64,000 nucleotides of DNA from Pirellulales bacterium (lineage in GTDB: Bacteria; Planctomycetota; Planctomycetia; Pirellulales; UBA1268), in the NCBI GenBank assembly GCA_016779265.1, contig JADHNY010000008.1, forward strand, positions 4,231 to 68,230. Reading direction: 5' to 3'. Numbering within the stretch: position 1 is the first letter of the stretch; every line of letters begins with the position of its first letter. A model generated the notes under the pieces. That model saw only the letters and a program-made list of their open reading frames with translations, was not told where the DNA came from and did not search any database. Of this stretch, positions 19,039 to 28,288 are shown piece after piece. Made by a program: the position numbers and the translations under genes.

Positions 19039-19904
19039 GGAGTGGATCCTGTGCGAGGGCGTTCGGCTTCCAGAGCACGCAGGGTTTTCAGGGTATCGAT
19101 CACTCGGTACGACTGGTCCTGATGGCGAGCCTCGAGCAGCTTGCGAACGATCACCGCGGCTGGTGACACTTCTGTCCAGGCGGCCAGCTCCAGTTCAATG
19201 CCGCTGAGTTCGAACTCCTGCAGTTCAAATGCACCGGCGGTTCGTGTGACAACGCGATCGCCGAGCCGTGATCGCATCGTGGAAAGCGGCAGGTACACGT
19301 TCAGCCGACTCGTCGGATCGTCAGCGGTGAGCGTGCCGATCACCACAACGTAGTGTCTGCCGATTCGCACGCACTGGCCCACAGCATCCCCGGAGGGAAA
19401 CAGCCGCTGTGTGACACCGCTGCCGAGCACCGCCACGTTTCGCAGTCGGTCGAGGTCTGTCTGCGTGAGGAAGCGGCCGGTTTCAACTGTGCATCGATGC
19501 AGGTCGGCATACTCAGGGGTCGTGCCGATCAGCTGGCCGGTCTGCAGCCGCTCGCCCACCCGCAGGTCCTGCTGGAGCGTGCGAGTTGGCACTGCTCGCA
19601 CCAGCGTCGGAAGCGTCTGCACGAGTGCGTGGTAGTCGTCGATGGTGAGGCCGAACCGACTCTGCCCAGCGGAGCGGTTCGGAGGAACGACGGTCTCGAC
19701 GAGCACCAGCGGCTTTGGTGGCATCTCGCGGGGGCCTGCGGCGGCTGCCGGTGGGCACACTGTCAGAAGGCACACTGTCGGTAGGCACAGAACCGCGGTG
19801 GCGAGCGAGGCGAGTCCACGGACCACCCAGCGGCTGCAGGCAGCCTTCGTAGCGGCAAAAACTGGCACCGGCAACGTTCGCGAGATGGTGGGGGTGTTGG
19901 TCAT
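19035..19904 (-). CDS. MacB/LolC-type periplasmic core domain protein lacking the FtsX membrane domain
   Basis: 289 aa. One N-terminal hydrophobic anchor, then RLRNVAVLGSGVTQRLFPSGDAVGQCVRIGRHYVVVIGTL...YLPLSTMRSRLG, typical of MacB_PCD. The ORF ends (...LRALEAERPRTGSTP) where TM2-4 would normally start. It overlaps the HlyD-like gene by 4 nt. Confidence 0.65.
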   Translation of the reverse strand: MTNTPTISRTLPVPVFAATKAACSRWVVRGLASLATAVLCLPTVCLLTVCPPAAAAGPREMPPKPLVLVETVVPPNRSAGQSRFGLTIDDYHALVQTLPTLVRAVPTRTLQQDLRVGERLQTGQLIGTTPEYADLHRCTVETGRFLTQTDLDRLRNVAVLGSGVTQRLFPSGDAVGQCVRIGRHYVVVIGTLTADDPTSRLNVYLPLSTMRSRLGDRVVTRTAGAFELQEFELSGIELELAAWTEVSPAAVIVRKLLEARHQDQSYRVIDTLKTLRALEAERPRTGSTP

Positions 19905-20000
19905 CGGCTGCGGAAACCCCAGAAAAGACCCCGGTTTTTTGGCGGGCTACACTACAGAGAGCAAGAGACCCCTTCCTTAGCGTAATGAAAGTGAGCGGCA

Positions 20001-20486
20001 GTGTCTGAAGAGTCTGGTTCGCTGTTTGGTCAGCGGGTGTCGGTTGAGCAGGTGGAAGAGGGGCATGAACTGGCTCCCAAGTTCGATGCCGCCGGCTTTA
20101 TCCCTTGCGTGACGACCGACTTCACGTCGGGCGAGGTGCTGATGGTGGCGGTGATGAACCGCGAGGCCTTCGCCAAGACGATCGAGACGGGCGAGGCCCA
20201 CTACTTCAGCCGCAGCCGGCAGTGCCTCTGGCACAAAGGCGCGACCAGCGGCCTCGTACAGAAGGTGGTCGAGATGCGGATCGACGACGACCAAGACTGC
20301 GTCTGGCTGCGGGTTGATGTGGCCGGCGGGGCGAGCTGCCATGTGGGCTACCGCTCCTGCTTCTACCGTAAGGTGCCGGTGGGCGAGCAGCGGACTGCCG
20401 GGCAGGCGCTTGAGTTTCTTGAGAGCGAGAAGACGTTTGACCCCAAGGCGGTCTACGGCGACGCCCCGAATCCTACGCAGCTGTGA
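20001..20486 (+). CDS. hisI: Phosphoribosyl-AMP cyclohydrolase
   Basis: 161 aa (GTG start). Has [41 protein letters not shown] and [24 protein letters not shown]. Confidence 0.88.
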   Translation: MSEESGSLFGQRVSVEQVEEGHELAPKFDAAGFIPCVTTDFTSGEVLMVAVMNREAFAKTIETGEAHYFSRSRQCLWHKGATSGLVQKVVEMRIDDDQDCVWLRVDVAGGASCHVGYRSCFYRKVPVGEQRTAGQALEFLESEKTFDPKAVYGDAPNPTQL

Positions 20487-20581
20487 TGGTTGCATGAGCG
20501 GTTGGATCGGCGGTGGCTTCGTGAGGCGACTGCTTGAGAACGGCTCGCATCCTCCTCGACGCTTGAAGATGGAGACAGCGG

Positions 20582-21112
20582 ATGTTTGACAATCCCGAGA
20601 GCAGCGACGAGCCCACGCAGCTGGCCCTGGTGCGGCAGCTGAAGTTTTGCGCGGGCCACCGGCTCTACCGCCATGAGAGTAAGTGCGCCTTCTTCCATGG
20701 CCACAACTACCGGGTGGACATCGAGGTGGTGCCAGCGGCCGGCGGCCGCGAGGTCGATGTGGTCGGCCGCGTGATCGACTTCTCGATGATCAAGCGTCGG
20801 ATGCTCGGCTGGCTCGATGCCAACTGGGATCATGCGTTTCTGGTGTTTGAAGAAGACGCGAACGCCTTGGCCGCCGTGCAGATGGTGGAGCCCACGAAGT
20901 ATTTCGTGATGCCCTGGAACCCGACCGCGGAAAACATGGCCCGCTATCTCTTAGAGGTTGTCGCGCCCAACGTGCTTGGCGATCTCGGGGTGGTGGCCCG
21001 GCGGGTGGCCGTCTGGGAGACCGATGAGGCCTGCGCGGTGGCGATCCGCGGCGGTGACCTCGCCGCGGCTCCGCAGCTGGCCGAAGCCGTCTGCGTCGAC
21101 AGCCGTTCGTGA
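20582..21112 (+). CDS. queD: 6-carboxy-5,6,7,8-tetrahydropterin synthase (6-pyruvoyl-tetrahydropterin synthase family)
   Basis: 176 aa. Has FCAGHRLYRHESKCAFFHGHNYRVDIEV and the downstream DHAFLV motif. Confidence 0.85.
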   Translation: MFDNPESSDEPTQLALVRQLKFCAGHRLYRHESKCAFFHGHNYRVDIEVVPAAGGREVDVVGRVIDFSMIKRRMLGWLDANWDHAFLVFEEDANALAAVQMVEPTKYFVMPWNPTAENMARYLLEVVAPNVLGDLGVVARRVAVWETDEACAVAIRGGDLAAAPQLAEAVCVDSRS

Positions 21113-21175
21113 GCCCAGCGGCTCTGCAGCACGCGTACAGACCACACCCAGACCACACGCAAGGGATGACAGCGA

Positions 21176-22189
21176 ATGACCCAGGCAGCAGGCGGCGAGG
21201 CATTTCCCGGCAGGTTTCCCACCACGCGGCTCCGCCGCACCCGACGGCATCCCTGGCTGCGGTCGCTGGTCACCGAGACGCGGCTCTCTGTGGAGAACCT
21301 GATCTGGCCGCTGTTTGTGCATGACCTGCCTGAGGCGGAGGCGGTGCCGGCGATGCCTGGCGTGTCGCGGCTCTCGATTGAGGGCGTCGTTGCCGCAGTG
21401 GGTGAGGCGGTCAGTCTCGGAATCCCGGCGATCGCCCTGTTTCCCGTGATCGACCCGAGCCTGAAGACCGACGACGGAGCCCACGCCGTCGATCCCGACA
21501 ACCTCGTCTGCCGCTGCGTGCGGGCGATCCGCGCGGCCCACGGCGATGCGATCGGGATCATCTGCGACGTGGCCCTCGATCCCTACACGAGCCACGGCCA
21601 CGATGGGCTGCTCGAGGACGGGCAGATTCTCAATGACGCGACCGTTGAGGTGCTGGCCCGGCAGGCGGTGGTGCTCGCTGAGGCTGGCTGCCCAGTGGTC
21701 GCCCCGTCAGACATGATGGACGGCCGCGTGGGGGCGATTCGGGCCGCGCTCGACACGCATGGCCATGAGAGCGTGGCGATCCTTTCCTATGCCGCTAAGT
21801 TTGCCTCGGCGTTCTATGGCCCCTTCCGCAGCGCCGTGGGCAGCGCCGCCAACCTCGGCACCGGCGATAAGAAGACCTATCAGATGCATCCGGCCAACAG
21901 CGACGAGGGCCTTCGTGAAGTGGCCCTCGACATTGCCGAAGGCGCCGACATGGTGATGGTCAAGCCAGCGATGACCGCCCTCGACATGATCCATCGCGTG
22001 AAGAGCGGCTTCGGGATGCCCACTTTCGCGTATCAGGTGAGTGGTGAATACGCGATGATCCATGCGGCCGCCGCCGCGGGCATGCTCGACCTCGAGGCTG
22101 CCATGCTCGAGAGCCTGCTCTGCATTCGCCGGGCTGGAGCGGATGCCGTGCTTACCTATTTTGCCCCGGTTGTTGCTCGCAGCCTGTGA
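21176..22189 (+). CDS. hemB: Porphobilinogen synthase (delta-aminolevulinate dehydratase)
   Basis: 337 aa. Has RLRRTRRHPWLRSLVTETRLSVENLIWPLFV, active-site region DVALDPYTSHGHDG, VAPSDMMDGRV, MVKPA and YQVSGEYAM. Confidence 0.92.
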   Translation: MTQAAGGEAFPGRFPTTRLRRTRRHPWLRSLVTETRLSVENLIWPLFVHDLPEAEAVPAMPGVSRLSIEGVVAAVGEAVSLGIPAIALFPVIDPSLKTDDGAHAVDPDNLVCRCVRAIRAAHGDAIGIICDVALDPYTSHGHDGLLEDGQILNDATVEVLARQAVVLAEAGCPVVAPSDMMDGRVGAIRAALDTHGHESVAILSYAAKFASAFYGPFRSAVGSAANLGTGDKKTYQMHPANSDEGLREVALDIAEGADMVMVKPAMTALDMIHRVKSGFGMPTFAYQVSGEYAMIHAAAAAGMLDLEAAMLESLLCIRRAGADAVLTYFAPVVARSL

Positions 22190-22268
22190 GCAGCGGAAAG
22201 CGGGCGGGTAACGCAGTTGTCAGGAAACGATTCGGGAGAAGTCTGCCGGCTGTGCCGATTCTAGGGGT

Positions 22269-23999
22269 GTGGAAGGCTGGGTGGTTCGTGCTGCCAGCCT
22301 TGCGGCTCCGAGAAGAGGTTTCGGGCAGATGTGTGTTCGTGTGGTGGCTCCAAGGCGGTGTGGGCAGTTGGCCACGTGGGCGTTGGCTGCAGCGGTTTGC
22401 GTGGTGGTGGCCGCTGGACTCGCTGCCGCGGAAGACGATGGCCGGCTGCCAGAGAGCGTGGTCGATGCAGCCCGCTTTGATCGGCTCGCCTTTCAGGTGA
22501 ATGCGGCCACCGGCGGCGAGCTTCCTCCGCCGGCCGTTCAAGCAGGGGCGGAGCCGGAAGAGGTGCCGATCCTCGCGCCTGATCAGCCTGGCAACATCCG
22601 CGCAGGATCCGGGGAGACCTTTGAAGCTGGGCCCGGAGCGAACCAAGGCCCAGTGCTCGACCCCAATCAAGTCGGCAACATTCGCCAGCGGCTCCGCGAG
22701 CTCGAAGGACGCATGGGCGAGTATCCGCTCATTCGGCTCAGTGGGTTCTTCCAGCTTGATGATGGCCTCTACAGCCAGTCGGCAGCGAGCATTGGCCGCT
22801 ACGGCGACATGCAGAACGGCGTCAGTTTTCGCCGGGCCCGTCTGCAGGCGATTGGCGAACTCACCGAGTTCATGGCCTACACGATCGAACTCGACTTTGC
22901 GCAAGGTGGACGTCCGAGCCTGCTCGACGTGTGGGGTGAGATCGACGAGATCCCCTGGCTCGGTACGATCCGGATTGGCCAGTTTCGCCAGCCGGGGCTG
23001 ATGGACTCCTGGACGAGTGTGCGACATCTCGACTTCATGGAGCGGTCCGCTGCCTTTCAGGCAGTCGATCCCTTTCGCCGCGTGGGCATCATGGCCTACG
23101 CGATGAGCGACAGCGAACGGACTCAGTGGGCGGCGAGTGTCTATGCCACTGGTTTCACATTCTGGGACGGTCAGCAGATTTACCGCACGTTTGGTGACAA
23201 CCGCTTCGGAGCCCAGCTTAGTGATAACGGAGGCGTTTCCTTTGGGAGCCGCATCTCTCATCTCCTCTATTACGACGAGCCTACTGAGGGTCGTTACCTG
23301 CTGCATGTGGGGACGGGCTTCGTGTTTAGCCAGCTCGGTGGAGAGGGCGATAGTCTCTCCACGGGCAAGGCCTACAACTCGTCTGCCTTTCCCGAGTTTT
23401 TTGTCGGAGACCCCAACGGTGGTGGCCTGACTGCAGCAGGTACCCCGTTTGTGCTGGATGCCGGCCGCATTCTGGCCAACAACTTCTGCCTCTATCACCT
23501 CGAGCTTGCCGGGAACTATGGGCCGGTGCATTTTCAGTCAGAAGCGATGCTTGAAACGATCAATCAGCAGGGTGGGCCGACGATGCTCCTGCCGACAGCC
23601 TACATGCAGGGCGGCGTGTTTCTCACAGGTGAGAAGCCCGGCTACCTCAAGCAGGCGGGCGTGTTTGACTACAACGTCGTGCCGCACACGCCCTTCTTCG
23701 GCACCGGGCGGCATGGACACGTGCGTGGCTGGGGAGCCTGGGAGCTGGCCTGCCGCTGGACCTACGTCGATATGTCGCTGGTGAACGTCAATCCAGACAA
23801 CCAGCTCCAGAAAAACGTCTTAGGCCCACCGCCCTTCCCCAACTATGGCGTACTCAATGAGTCGACGGTGGGCATCAACTGGTGGTGGAATCGCTACACG
23901 CGGCTGCAGTTCAACTGGATTCACAGCATGCCCAACCTGCTCGGCTACGGCCTGGCACCGTTTGACATCTTCGGCACACGCTTTCAGGTCGAGTTCTGA
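22269..23999 (+). CDS. Phosphate-selective porin O/P-like outer-membrane protein
   Basis: 576 aa. Signal ATWALAAAVCVVVAAGLAAA (the start may be the Met at 22329), an N-terminal coiled segment (IRQRLRELEGRM), then GVSFRRARLQAIGEL..YTIELDF, and a C-terminal FGTRFQVEF ending in Phe. Confidence 0.6.
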   Translation: MEGWVVRAASLAAPRRGFGQMCVRVVAPRRCGQLATWALAAAVCVVVAAGLAAAEDDGRLPESVVDAARFDRLAFQVNAATGGELPPPAVQAGAEPEEVPILAPDQPGNIRAGSGETFEAGPGANQGPVLDPNQVGNIRQRLRELEGRMGEYPLIRLSGFFQLDDGLYSQSAASIGRYGDMQNGVSFRRARLQAIGELTEFMAYTIELDFAQGGRPSLLDVWGEIDEIPWLGTIRIGQFRQPGLMDSWTSVRHLDFMERSAAFQAVDPFRRVGIMAYAMSDSERTQWAASVYATGFTFWDGQQIYRTFGDNRFGAQLSDNGGVSFGSRISHLLYYDEPTEGRYLLHVGTGFVFSQLGGEGDSLSTGKAYNSSAFPEFFVGDPNGGGLTAAGTPFVLDAGRILANNFCLYHLELAGNYGPVHFQSEAMLETINQQGGPTMLLPTAYMQGGVFLTGEKPGYLKQAGVFDYNVVPHTPFFGTGRHGHVRGWGAWELACRWTYVDMSLVNVNPDNQLQKNVLGPPPFPNYGVLNESTVGINWWWNRYTRLQFNWIHSMPNLLGYGLAPFDIFGTRFQVEF

Positions 24000-24064
24000 G
24001 GCGGCTGGGCCGGGAGGCTGAACAGGGAAGAGGGCGACCATACGAATCAGGAAAGGATGCAAGG

Positions 24065-24583
24065 ATGCAAAGGCGACTTGGGGTGATGCTCGCTGTGCTC
24101 GTGGCGTGTGTCGCCGTCGGCACGTGGGCGGATGAGACTCCTGTCACTCCTGTGGCGCCAGAGCCGGTCGCCACCAGCGATCCGAAGGCGGGGCAAGACG
24201 AGCCGCCAAAACCCGATGGCCACTGCGACCGCTGCGGCAGCTGCCAGAGCGTCCGCAGCGTATGCGTGGCGGTGCCGGTGGAACGCGAGAAGACCAAGAT
24301 CTGCTGGAGCTACCGCTGCGAGCAGATCTGCATCCCAGGCCCGAGCATCTTCTGTGGCGAGACCTGCGAGTGTGACGAGTGCGGTCCGTGGTGGAAGCAG
24401 TGGTGGAAGCCGACCTGTGCCCACATGATCACCAGGCGGGTGCCTGTGAAGACCGAAGTCACTCGCAAAGTGCCCGGCTTTGAGTGGCAGGTGCAGGAGC
24501 GATGCTGCGGCTGTAATCCGCAGTGCTCGACACCGAAAACCAGCTGGCTCTCCTGCCTGTTAGGCCCCTTTGGGACGAAATGA
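24065..24583 (+). CDS. Secreted Cys- and Trp-rich hypothetical protein
   Basis: 172 aa. Signal RRLGVMLAVLVACVAVGTWA, a Pro-rich linker, then about 17 Cys in ~115 aa (CDRCGSC, CECDEC, CCGC) and WWKQWWK. There is no CxxCH heme motif. Confidence 0.55.
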   Translation: MQRRLGVMLAVLVACVAVGTWADETPVTPVAPEPVATSDPKAGQDEPPKPDGHCDRCGSCQSVRSVCVAVPVEREKTKICWSYRCEQICIPGPSIFCGETCECDECGPWWKQWWKPTCAHMITRRVPVKTEVTRKVPGFEWQVQERCCGCNPQCSTPKTSWLSCLLGPFGTK

Positions 24584-25123
24584 GGCCAGCCGCTGGGGGT
24601 CGGTCTCCAGCCGTGGCGGCGATGGATGGCCGGTGTGGGCCAGGTCGACGCCGTAGGGGATCGCCGGAAAGACCGCATCGAGACATTCGCGGATGCTCTT
24701 CGGTCGACCGGGCAGGTTGACCACCAGAGCCCGCCCACAGATGCCAGCGGTCTGCCGCGAGAGGATCGCGGTCGGCACATACTGCAGCGATACCTGTCGC
24801 ATGAGTTCGCCAAAGCCAGGCAAGAGCTTTGAACAGACCTGCTCTGTGGCCTCTGGCGTCACATCTCGCGGGGCGGGGCCTGTTCCACCGGTGGTGACCA
24901 CCAGGCAGCATCCGTCCTCCACCATTGAACGGAGCGCAGTGGTGATCGCTTCAAGCTCATCGGGCACGATCTGCTCCCTCGGCTCCCAGGAAGACGTCAG
25001 CACCTCAGTGAGGTAGTCACGGATTGCTGGTCCACCCTCGTCGACATACTCGCCGCGGCTGGCCCGGTCAGAGACCGTCAGGATGCCAATGCGGGCAGCA
25101 GGATGGTGGCTTGGACTGGTCAT
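24560..25123 (-). CDS. mogA: Molybdopterin adenylyltransferase (MogA)
   Basis: 187 aa. Close colinearity with E. coli MogA: IGILTVSDRASRGEY, LVVTTGGTGPAPRDVTPEAT, PGFGELMRQVSLQYVPTAILSRQ and NLPGRPKSIREC. Confidence 0.9.
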   Translation of the reverse strand: MTSPSHHPAARIGILTVSDRASRGEYVDEGGPAIRDYLTEVLTSSWEPREQIVPDELEAITTALRSMVEDGCCLVVTTGGTGPAPRDVTPEATEQVCSKLLPGFGELMRQVSLQYVPTAILSRQTAGICGRALVVNLPGRPKSIRECLDAVFPAIPYGVDLAHTGHPSPPRLETDPQRLASFRPKGA

Positions 25124-25148
25124 CGTGGAGTTCTTTCAGACGAGGCTC

Positions 25149-26705
25149 TCAGGAGAACGCGGTCCGCAAATCGTCAGCCTGACGGCGGATGGCTCGCAGC
25201 TCGGCAGGCTCCTTGCGGTCGACGTTCTTCAGCTGCATCGTCATGCGGGGATTGCTGGCGAGAAGCGTGCGGTGACGGGCGAGGAAGTCCCAGTAGAGCG
25301 TGGTAAAGGGGCAGGCGTTGGGGCCACTGGCCAGCTTTGGATCGTAGCGGCACTGCTTGCAGGCATTGCTCATGCGATTGATGTAGGCCCCACTGGCGCA
25401 GTAGGGCTTCGAGGCCATCACGCCCCCGTCGCCATACTGGCTCATGCCGAGGGTGTTGGGCAGTTCGACCCACTCGACCGCATCGACATAGACCGCGAGA
25501 TACCAGCGGTGCACCTCAGCAGGATCGACACCAAACAGCATCGCAAATAGGCCGGTGACCATCAGCCGCTGGATGTGGTGGGCGTAGCCGTAGTGCATGG
25601 TCTGTTCGACCGCATCCCGAAGACATGCCATCTCTGTCTCACCCGTCCAGTAGAGACTCGGCAGTGGCAGTGTGGCGCTGAGATGGTTGCGTCGTTCGTA
25701 CTCCGGCATGAACTTCCAGTAGATGCCTCGCACGTATTCCCGCCAGCCAAGCACCTGACGAATGAAACCCTCGGTGGATTCGATGTCGGCTGCGCCCTGC
25801 CGCCAGGCGTCTTCAGCGGCCTGGACCACATCCCGTGGATCGAGCAGTTTGAGATTCATCGCGGCAGAAAGCCGAGAGTGATAGAGCCAAGGTTCACCGG
25901 TCCAGATCGCGTCTTGATAGGTTCCAAAACTCGGCAGGCGGTGGGTGAGGAAGTCGGTGAGCGCTCGACGAGCGTCGTCGGGAGTGACCGGCCAGTCGAA
26001 GGCGTCGAGGCTGCCGGGATGGTTTGCAAAGCGACCGTTGACCAGCTCAATCACTTCACGGGTGATCGCGTCAGCTGAAAAGCTGATCGGCTCGGGGAGC
26101 GTTCCAGGGCCACTCTTCGGAAAGGCTCCTCGGTTGGCAGCGTCGTAGTTCCACGCCCCACCGGCGGGCTCTCCCTCGTCCATCAGCACGTCAAACTTTT
26201 TTCGCAGAGGGCGGTAGAAGTATTCCAGCCGCAGCTGTTTCCTTGCGGAGGCATGCTCGGCAAACTCAGCCGGCGTTGAGAAGAAGTGACGGTCCTCACG
26301 GATCTCCAGCGGAATGCCGAGAGACTCCGCCGTTTCACGCAGGCTCTCACGGAGACGCCATTCGCCAGGCTCGACCACAATCAGTCGCTCAGGCTCCTGC
26401 TTGGTCTTACGGAATGCTCTCACGCTCGCGATTAAGGCGGCAGCCAAGCTCGCGGGCTCACGGGCCTGCTTTCTTGCAGTCAGCTCACGGTAGTTCACCG
26501 TGAAGCCACGGCTTTCGAGCCGTTGGCGGAAGTGCCGCATTCCGGAGAGAAACAGGGCGATCCTCGCCTTATGGCTCCAGACATGCTCCGACTCTTCGGC
26601 GACCTCAGCCATCCAGACCTGATCGCTGGCCGGATCAAAGCCATCGAACGCGGCGGCGGTGTCATCGAGCTGATCACCGAGCACGAGCACGAGATGACGC
26701 GGCAT
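25149..26705 (-). CDS. Cryptochrome/photolyase-family protein of the FeS-BCP / (6-4) photolyase-related type (COG3046)
   Basis: 518 aa. N-terminus MPRHLVLVLGDQLD, HIQRLMV, and a C-terminal Cys cluster PYCASGAYINRMSNACKQCRYDP...NACPFTTLYWDF, consistent with a 4Fe-4S site. Confidence 0.8.
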   Translation of the reverse strand: MPRHLVLVLGDQLDDTAAAFDGFDPASDQVWMAEVAEESEHVWSHKARIALFLSGMRHFRQRLESRGFTVNYRELTARKQAREPASLAAALIASVRAFRKTKQEPERLIVVEPGEWRLRESLRETAESLGIPLEIREDRHFFSTPAEFAEHASARKQLRLEYFYRPLRKKFDVLMDEGEPAGGAWNYDAANRGAFPKSGPGTLPEPISFSADAITREVIELVNGRFANHPGSLDAFDWPVTPDDARRALTDFLTHRLPSFGTYQDAIWTGEPWLYHSRLSAAMNLKLLDPRDVVQAAEDAWRQGAADIESTEGFIRQVLGWREYVRGIYWKFMPEYERRNHLSATLPLPSLYWTGETEMACLRDAVEQTMHYGYAHHIQRLMVTGLFAMLFGVDPAEVHRWYLAVYVDAVEWVELPNTLGMSQYGDGGVMASKPYCASGAYINRMSNACKQCRYDPKLASGPNACPFTTLYWDFLARHRTLLASNPRMTMQLKNVDRKEPAELRAIRRQADDLRTAFS

Positions 26706-26717
26706 GGCTGGCAGATC

Positions 26718-27782
26718 CTACACCTGAGGCGGAGTTGTGAGCAGGCGAAGCAGTTCGTCGGTCTCGTCCCATCCGATACAGGCATCAGTGATCGACTGGC
26801 CGTAGACCAGAGACGAAGGATCGCTGCAGTCTTGCCGCCCTGCAACGAGATGGCTCTCCAGCATCACGCCTGCGATCGGCGAGGATTCTGCAGCCCGCTG
26901 CTGAAGGATGCTCTGCACCACGTCACGCTGTCGGCGATGGTCTTTGCCACTGTTGCCGTGCGAGCAGTCGACCATCACTCGCTCGTTGACACCTGCTGTG
27001 CGTAATGCAGCGACAGCAGCAGCGACCGATGCCGGATCGTCGTTGCGGCCGCGGTCGGAGCCGCGGAGGATCAGATGACAGTCAGGATTACCGGTGGTTT
27101 CCACGATCGCCACCATCCCCTGCTTGGTGACGGAAAGAAAGTGGTGGCTGTTGGAGGCGGCACGGATGGCATCGATCGCAATGGCAACTCGACCGTCAGT
27201 TCCATTCTTGAAGCCAACGGCACAGGACAGACCACTGGCAAGTTCGCGATGGACCTGACTCTCGGTCGTGCGGGCCCCGATCGCCCCCCAGCTGACAAGG
27301 TCTGCAATGAACTGCGGCGTGATTGTATCGAGGAACTCACAGCCGACCGCGAGGTCGAGTTCGGCGATGTCGACGAGCAGGCTGCGGGCGGCATGCAGGC
27401 CGCGATTGATGTTGAAGCTCGCATCGAGGTCGGGGTCGTTGATCAGCCCCTTCCAGCCGACAGTAGTACGCGGCTTTTCGAAGTAGACACGCATCACAAT
27501 CTTCAGCGAGCCCGCAAGCTGTTTCGCCAGCGGTGCGAGGCGGGCTGCGTATTCCCGCGCCGCCGCTACGTCATGGATTGAGCAGGGGCCGACGACCACG
27601 AGCAGGCGGGGATCATTGCCCCGCAGGATCTCTTGGATTTCCTCACGATGCCGACTGATGGAGGCCGCGACACTGTCGGTGACGGGCATCTCTTCGAGCA
27701 GGATTGCGGGTGGAATCAGGGGCCGCAGCTTCTTGATACGGAGGTCGTCGGTACGGGGGCGTCCCCCGATGTCTTCAAGCAT
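26718..27782 (-). CDS. 3-deoxy-7-phosphoheptulonate (DAHP) synthase, class I (AroF/G/H type)
   Basis: Near-identical blocks to E. coli AroG: DDLRIKK, LLVVVGPCSIHD, VMRVYFEKPRTTVGWKGLINDP, WGAIGARTTESQVHRELASGLSC.VGFKNGTDG and KSITDACIGW. I prefer the Met at 27782 (355 aa). The 417-aa track ORF (to 27971) would overlap xseB. Confidence 0.88.
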   Translation of the reverse strand: MLEDIGGRPRTDDLRIKKLRPLIPPAILLEEMPVTDSVAASISRHREEIQEILRGNDPRLLVVVGPCSIHDVAAAREYAARLAPLAKQLAGSLKIVMRVYFEKPRTTVGWKGLINDPDLDASFNINRGLHAARSLLVDIAELDLAVGCEFLDTITPQFIADLVSWGAIGARTTESQVHRELASGLSCAVGFKNGTDGRVAIAIDAIRAASNSHHFLSVTKQGMVAIVETTGNPDCHLILRGSDRGRNDDPASVAAAVAALRTAGVNERVMVDCSHGNSGKDHRRQRDVVQSILQQRAAESSPIAGVMLESHLVAGRQDCSDPSSLVYGQSITDACIGWDETDELLRLLTTPPQV

Positions 27783-27891
27783 GTCGTCGCAGTGGTGAGG
27801 GGATATGGGGCAACGGGATCGAGACAGCTGCATTATGCCGCCGCAGGGCACGGCCGCGAGGTCGCGTTCGCTGTTGGAACGGCTGTGGTGG

Positions 27892-28218
27892 TCACGCAGG
27901 TGAGCGACCGGAGGCACTCCGTTCGTCGTCGGCATCCACTGCGTCGGCAATGGCTTCCTTGTGTCTCTCAAGTTCTTCGAAGACGGTGGTGATTTCTTGG
28001 CGGGTCGCCTTGAGCGTTGCGTGCATGGCCATGATCAGGGAGGCAGCTTCGCGTGCCTCACTGGCAAGTTCGTCCATCGGGGTTTCTGAGTTGTCGAGAC
28101 GAACCAGGATCTCATCGAGCCGAGACTCCTTCTCTTCATAACTCAACTCCGCATGCTGCGGGTCACCCGGCTCCGCAGTGACCGCGGGCGAGGCCGTGGC
28201 GGCAGTTTTCTTAGCCAT
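27892..28218 (-). CDS. xseB: Exodeoxyribonuclease VII small subunit
   Basis: ELSYEEKESRLDEILVRLDNSETPMDELASEAREAASLI matches the XseB helical-hairpin pattern. I prefer the start MAKKTAAT at 28218, since the track ORF to 28338 would overlap xseA. Confidence 0.75.
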   Translation of the reverse strand: MAKKTAATASPAVTAEPGDPQHAELSYEEKESRLDEILVRLDNSETPMDELASEAREAASLIMAMHATLKATRQEITTVFEELERHKEAIADAVDADDERSASGRSPA

Positions 28219-28288
28219 GTCGATGATTCCTCTGGAAAGCGGTGGTCTCGACCATATGCGGTCTGGCAAGGTCGGAATGAGCGGCTGG

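Noticed and set aside
22152-23531. 459-aa ORF on the minus strand
   Set aside because: It is antisense to the OprO/P-like porin gene and has no recognisable domain. The porin frame has a signal peptide and a C-terminal Phe signature.
26718-27971. 417-aa version of the DAHP synthase ORF
   Set aside because: The first ~63 codons have no counterpart in AroG-type enzymes and would overlap xseB. Homology begins right after the Met at 27782.
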